Source: Verrucomicrobiota bacterium
GTDB taxonomy: Bacteria > Verrucomicrobiota > Verrucomicrobiia > Opitutales > Coraliomargaritaceae
Length of the DNA stretch: 44,098 nt
NCBI GenBank assembly: GCA_027620575.1
Contig: JAQCDT010000001.1
Coordinates: 1-44,098, forward strand
Direction: 5' to 3'
Made by a program: the position numbers and the translations under genes. The notes below the pieces were generated by a model. That model had not been told where the DNA came from and did not search any database. It saw nothing but the letters and a program-made list of their open reading frames with translations. Positions 41,223-44,098 of this stretch are shown in pieces; the first letter of the stretch is position 1; each line of letters begins with the position of its first letter.

Positions 41223-43126
41223 GCCTGCTTGGCTTTCTTCGCTTCTGCCGCCTTACGGCTCATCGCTTCAATCGTCACCATCAGTATGCTGATATCTGCA
41301 GGATTCACCCCGCTGATTCGACTGGCTTGACCCAAGGTTTGCGGCTGAATCTCCGCAAGCTTCTCTCCACTCTCAGCACGCAGTCCTTTCACTTGGTGAT
41401 AGTCCAATGATTGAGGAATCTTTATTTTATCAATGTGCCTAAGCTTATCCACCTGCTTGAGCTCTCGCTCTAAATATCCCTTAAACGCCACACGATAAAA
41501 GACCTCATCTTGCACCGCTTCCGTCGCCTCAGCTAAGTCTTTCGGAAAGGCACTTTTGTCTCGGCACCGGCGAATATGTGTCGCATAACTATCCCCCTTA
41601 AGAAACTCTTTTTCTAGAAACCCTACCCAGTGCTCTATCGTCTTTTGCTTCTCTTCTATCGCTTTTATCCGTTTGTCAGTCAATAAGTTATGCTTTTTAG
41701 CATGCTCGATCAATCGCAGTTCTGCACTGGGGTGATTGAAGAGCAAACGATGCTCTGCACGACTGGAAAACATCCGATACGGCTCCTGAGTTCCTTTCGA
41801 AACCAAATCATCAATCAAGACACCAATATAGCATTCATCTCGGCCTAAGACCATTGGGTCCTCCCCTCGTATCTTTTGTACTGCATTGATTCCAGCGACC
41901 AGTCCCTGCCCCGCCGCTTCTTCATAGCCCGATGTGCCATTGATCTGTCCCGCAAAAAATAAATTCTCCACTTTCTTTGATTCAAGCGACGGGAACAATT
42001 GTGTAGGCGGTGCAAAGTCATATTCGACTGCATAGGCCGGACGTAAAATATGCACCTGCTCCAAGCCCTTGATGCTTCGAAGCATCTCTACCTGAACCTT
42101 TAAAGGCAAACTAGTCGATAAACCATTGATATACCATTCATTGGTATAACGCCCCTCGGGCTCTAAAAACAACATATGACGGTCTTTATCGGCGAAGCGA
42201 ACAATTTTATCCTCAATACTTGGACAGTATCGAGGCCCCCTGCCAACAATTTCTCCCGAGTACATCGGCGATAAATGGAGATTCTCTTTAATAATCGCCT
42301 CAGTTTTCGCCCCAGTGTACGTCGTCCAACACGACATTGGCGCATATCCTGGCTCCCAACCTAAACGTTTTTCGCCAAAATGTTCCACGTGGAACAATTC
42401 CTCGGGCTCTCGAGTATCATAAAAGCCAAACAAAGTCGGCTTCTCGTCCGCTTTTTGTTCTTCAAGCTGAGAGAAATCGATAGATCGACCTAAAATACGT
42501 GCAGGTGTGCCCGTTTTCAGACGCTCTAGTTCGATCCCAGCCTCAATAAAGGATTTAGAAAGTCCCTTAGCCGAGAAATCACCCATACGTCCGCCTTCAT
42601 TTTTGTTCTGTCCGACGTGCATCAGGCCTCTTAGGAAGGTTCCGGTGGTGACAATCACGGTTTTTGCCTTAAATTCGCTGTCTAAATTGGTTTTTATTCC
42701 AACAACTCGGCCCTTATTCATGACCAATTCATCGACGAGTGCTTGAAAGACATGGAGATTTTCTTGCCATTCAATCGCTTGTTTCATGCGAAATTGGTAG
42801 GCTTTTTTATCACATTGTGCTCTAGGTGCTTGAACAGCAGGGCCTTTAGAAGCGTTGAGTAGGCGGAATTGGATGGCGGTGGCATCCGTATTGATGGCCA
42901 TTTCGCCCCCTAAAGCATCAATTTCACGCACCATATGGCCCTTGGCTTGTCCACCGATCGCAGGATTACAACTCATTTGGGCAATCGTGTCTAAATTGCC
43001 GGTTAGGAGTAGGGTACTGGCTCCCCGACGAGCAGCGGCCAGCGCCGCTTCACAGCCCGCATGACCGGCTCCGCAGACAACTACGTCATATTCTTTATCA
43101 AGTTGGAATAGGGGATCTTGACTCAT
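41219..43126 (-). CDS. mnmG: tRNA uridine 5-carboxymethylaminomethyl modification enzyme MnmG (GidA)
   Basis: It has the FAD motif VVVCGAGHAGCEAA and a conserved body through ...GQASRISGVNPADI. I prefer the ATG at 43126, which forms an ATGA overlap with the mnmE stop, over the TTG at 43138. Confidence 0.95.
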   Translation of the reverse strand: MSQDPLFQLDKEYDVVVCGAGHAGCEAALAAARRGASTLLLTGNLDTIAQMSCNPAIGGQAKGHMVREIDALGGEMAINTDATAIQFRLLNASKGPAVQAPRAQCDKKAYQFRMKQAIEWQENLHVFQALVDELVMNKGRVVGIKTNLDSEFKAKTVIVTTGTFLRGLMHVGQNKNEGGRMGDFSAKGLSKSFIEAGIELERLKTGTPARILGRSIDFSQLEEQKADEKPTLFGFYDTREPEELFHVEHFGEKRLGWEPGYAPMSCWTTYTGAKTEAIIKENLHLSPMYSGEIVGRGPRYCPSIEDKIVRFADKDRHMLFLEPEGRYTNEWYINGLSTSLPLKVQVEMLRSIKGLEQVHILRPAYAVEYDFAPPTQLFPSLESKKVENLFFAGQINGTSGYEEAAGQGLVAGINAVQKIRGEDPMVLGRDECYIGVLIDDLVSKGTQEPYRMFSSRAEHRLLFNHPSAELRLIEHAKKHNLLTDKRIKAIEEKQKTIEHWVGFLEKEFLKGDSYATHIRRCRDKSAFPKDLAEATEAVQDEVFYRVAFKGYLERELKQVDKLRHIDKIKIPQSLDYHQVKGLRAESGEKLAEIQPQTLGQASRISGVNPADISILMVTIEAMSRKAAEAKKAKQA

Positions 43127-44098
43127 TTTCCTATACAAAATTTTTGAAATAATTTATCGAGCATGGCCTCGTTGTCAATCTTGCCCACCACCTGACTGAA
43201 GCCCTCGATAGCCGAGCGTAATTCGACGGCAACTAATTCGCTAAGTTCATGATTATCAATTGCTTCTGATGCATTTGCCAATGATTCTCTAGCGTGTTTT
43301 AAGGCGGCCGTATGGCGTGCGTTGAGCACAATAGCATCATTGCCCTTGGGTAGGGCGATACCCTGGTCAATCAGCTTGAGCATAGATGATTTTAAGGCCT
43401 CGATACCGCTGTGGGTTTTCAAAGAAATAGGGCAGTGCTGGCACTCGGCTAAAAAGTCCTTATGCGAGTTCGTTGATTTCAGATCTTGTTTATTTTCAAT
43501 GACTAAGGTGTTTTCTGCCTTAAATACTGAATGGATTGATTCAGGCAGACTGGGGGAGGGCTCACTATGATCAACAATCACTAAATAAAAGTCGGCATTT
43601 TGGGCAAGTTCCATGGTTTTTTCAATCCCTTGTAGCTCGATCGCATCCTCTGCTGGATGTAAGCCTGCGGTATCAATGATTTCCACTCGATAATCCTTCA
43701 GCATAATATACGAGGTAATAAAATCACGGGTAGTCCCTGGAATATCACTGACAATCGCCCTTTGAGAGCCGACCAAAGTATTAATTAAGCTACTTTTACC
43801 CGCATTCGGTGCTCCAATAATCACGGTTTTAATACCTTCTTGAAGTAGGGCGGAGTAGTGGTTGGTTTCAATTAAACGATCCACTGCTTCAATCAATCGC
43901 TTCAGGTCCTGCATCGGCCCTGCATCGGAAGCCTCCGGTAAATCTTCCTCAGGAAAGTCAATGTAGGCTTCTAGCTCCGCTAAAATCCCCAATAGCTGAT
44001 CGGTCAATTCCGACATTTTGTGTCCAATTGAGCCATTGAGCTGTCGGCGAGCCACTTCTAAACTGAAATTGGAACGCGCATGAATAATATCTGCCACC
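43123..44098 (-). CDS. mnmE: tRNA modification GTPase MnmE (TrmE), N-terminus beyond the window edge
   Basis: It has G-domain motifs GAPNAGKSSL, DIPGTTRD, DTAG and NKQD, and the hallmark C-terminus FCIGK. The reading frame is open to the window end. Confidence 0.95.
   Translation of the reverse strand, partial: VADIIHARSNFSLEVARRQLNGSIGHKMSELTDQLLGILAELEAYIDFPEEDLPEASDAGPMQDLKRLIEAVDRLIETNHYSALLQEGIKTVIIGAPNAGKSSLINTLVGSQRAIVSDIPGTTRDFITSYIMLKDYRVEIIDTAGLHPAEDAIELQGIEKTMELAQNADFYLVIVDHSEPSPSLPESIHSVFKAENTLVIENKQDLKSTNSHKDFLAECQHCPISLKTHSGIEALKSSMLKLIDQGIALPKGNDAIVLNARHTAALKHARESLANASEAIDNHELSELVAVELRSAIEGFSQVVGKIDNEAMLDKLFQKFCIGK

Overview
This is a 44.1 kb gene-dense bacterial chromosomal window, roughly 95% coding. 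I call 37 protein-coding genes and one tRNA. Nearly all are core housekeeping genes of a diderm bacterium. The cell-envelope genes are murA, mreBCD-mrdA, lnt, secA and ftsK. The DNA repair and recombination genes are ruvB, ruvC, mutS, rmuC and a Y-family polymerase. The translation and tRNA-modification genes are tyrS, truA, a TrmH-family methyltransferase, mnmG and mnmE. The biosynthesis genes are accD, folC, carA, purEK, trpE, a polyprenyl synthase and manA. The window also has rapA and one RpoD-family sigma factor. The left edge truncates murA and the right edge truncates mnmE. Intergenic spacers are very short, the largest being 185 nt. Four convergent gene pairs overlap at their stop codons. 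I saw no CRISPR array, transposase, integrase, IS inverted repeats, rRNA or obvious defence island. The taxon cannot be verified from here; the gene content, weak Shine-Dalgarno usage and long SecA fit a PVC- or Bacteroidota-like diderm, but this is a guess. The part most worth follow-up lies just downstream of mutS. There, a 28-nt near-perfect palindrome with a LexA-box-like GTAC-N4-GTTC core precedes a catalytically intact Y-family polymerase. That polymerase is translationally coupled by an 8-nt overlap to a DUF429 (RNase H/RuvC-like fold) protein of unknown role. A second, weaker accessory-looking patch surrounds tRNA-Trp and holds a secreted coiled-coil orphan, a MerC-like membrane protein and a DUF5069-like protein. 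Everything else looks ordinary, and I do not claim strong evidence for a new system.
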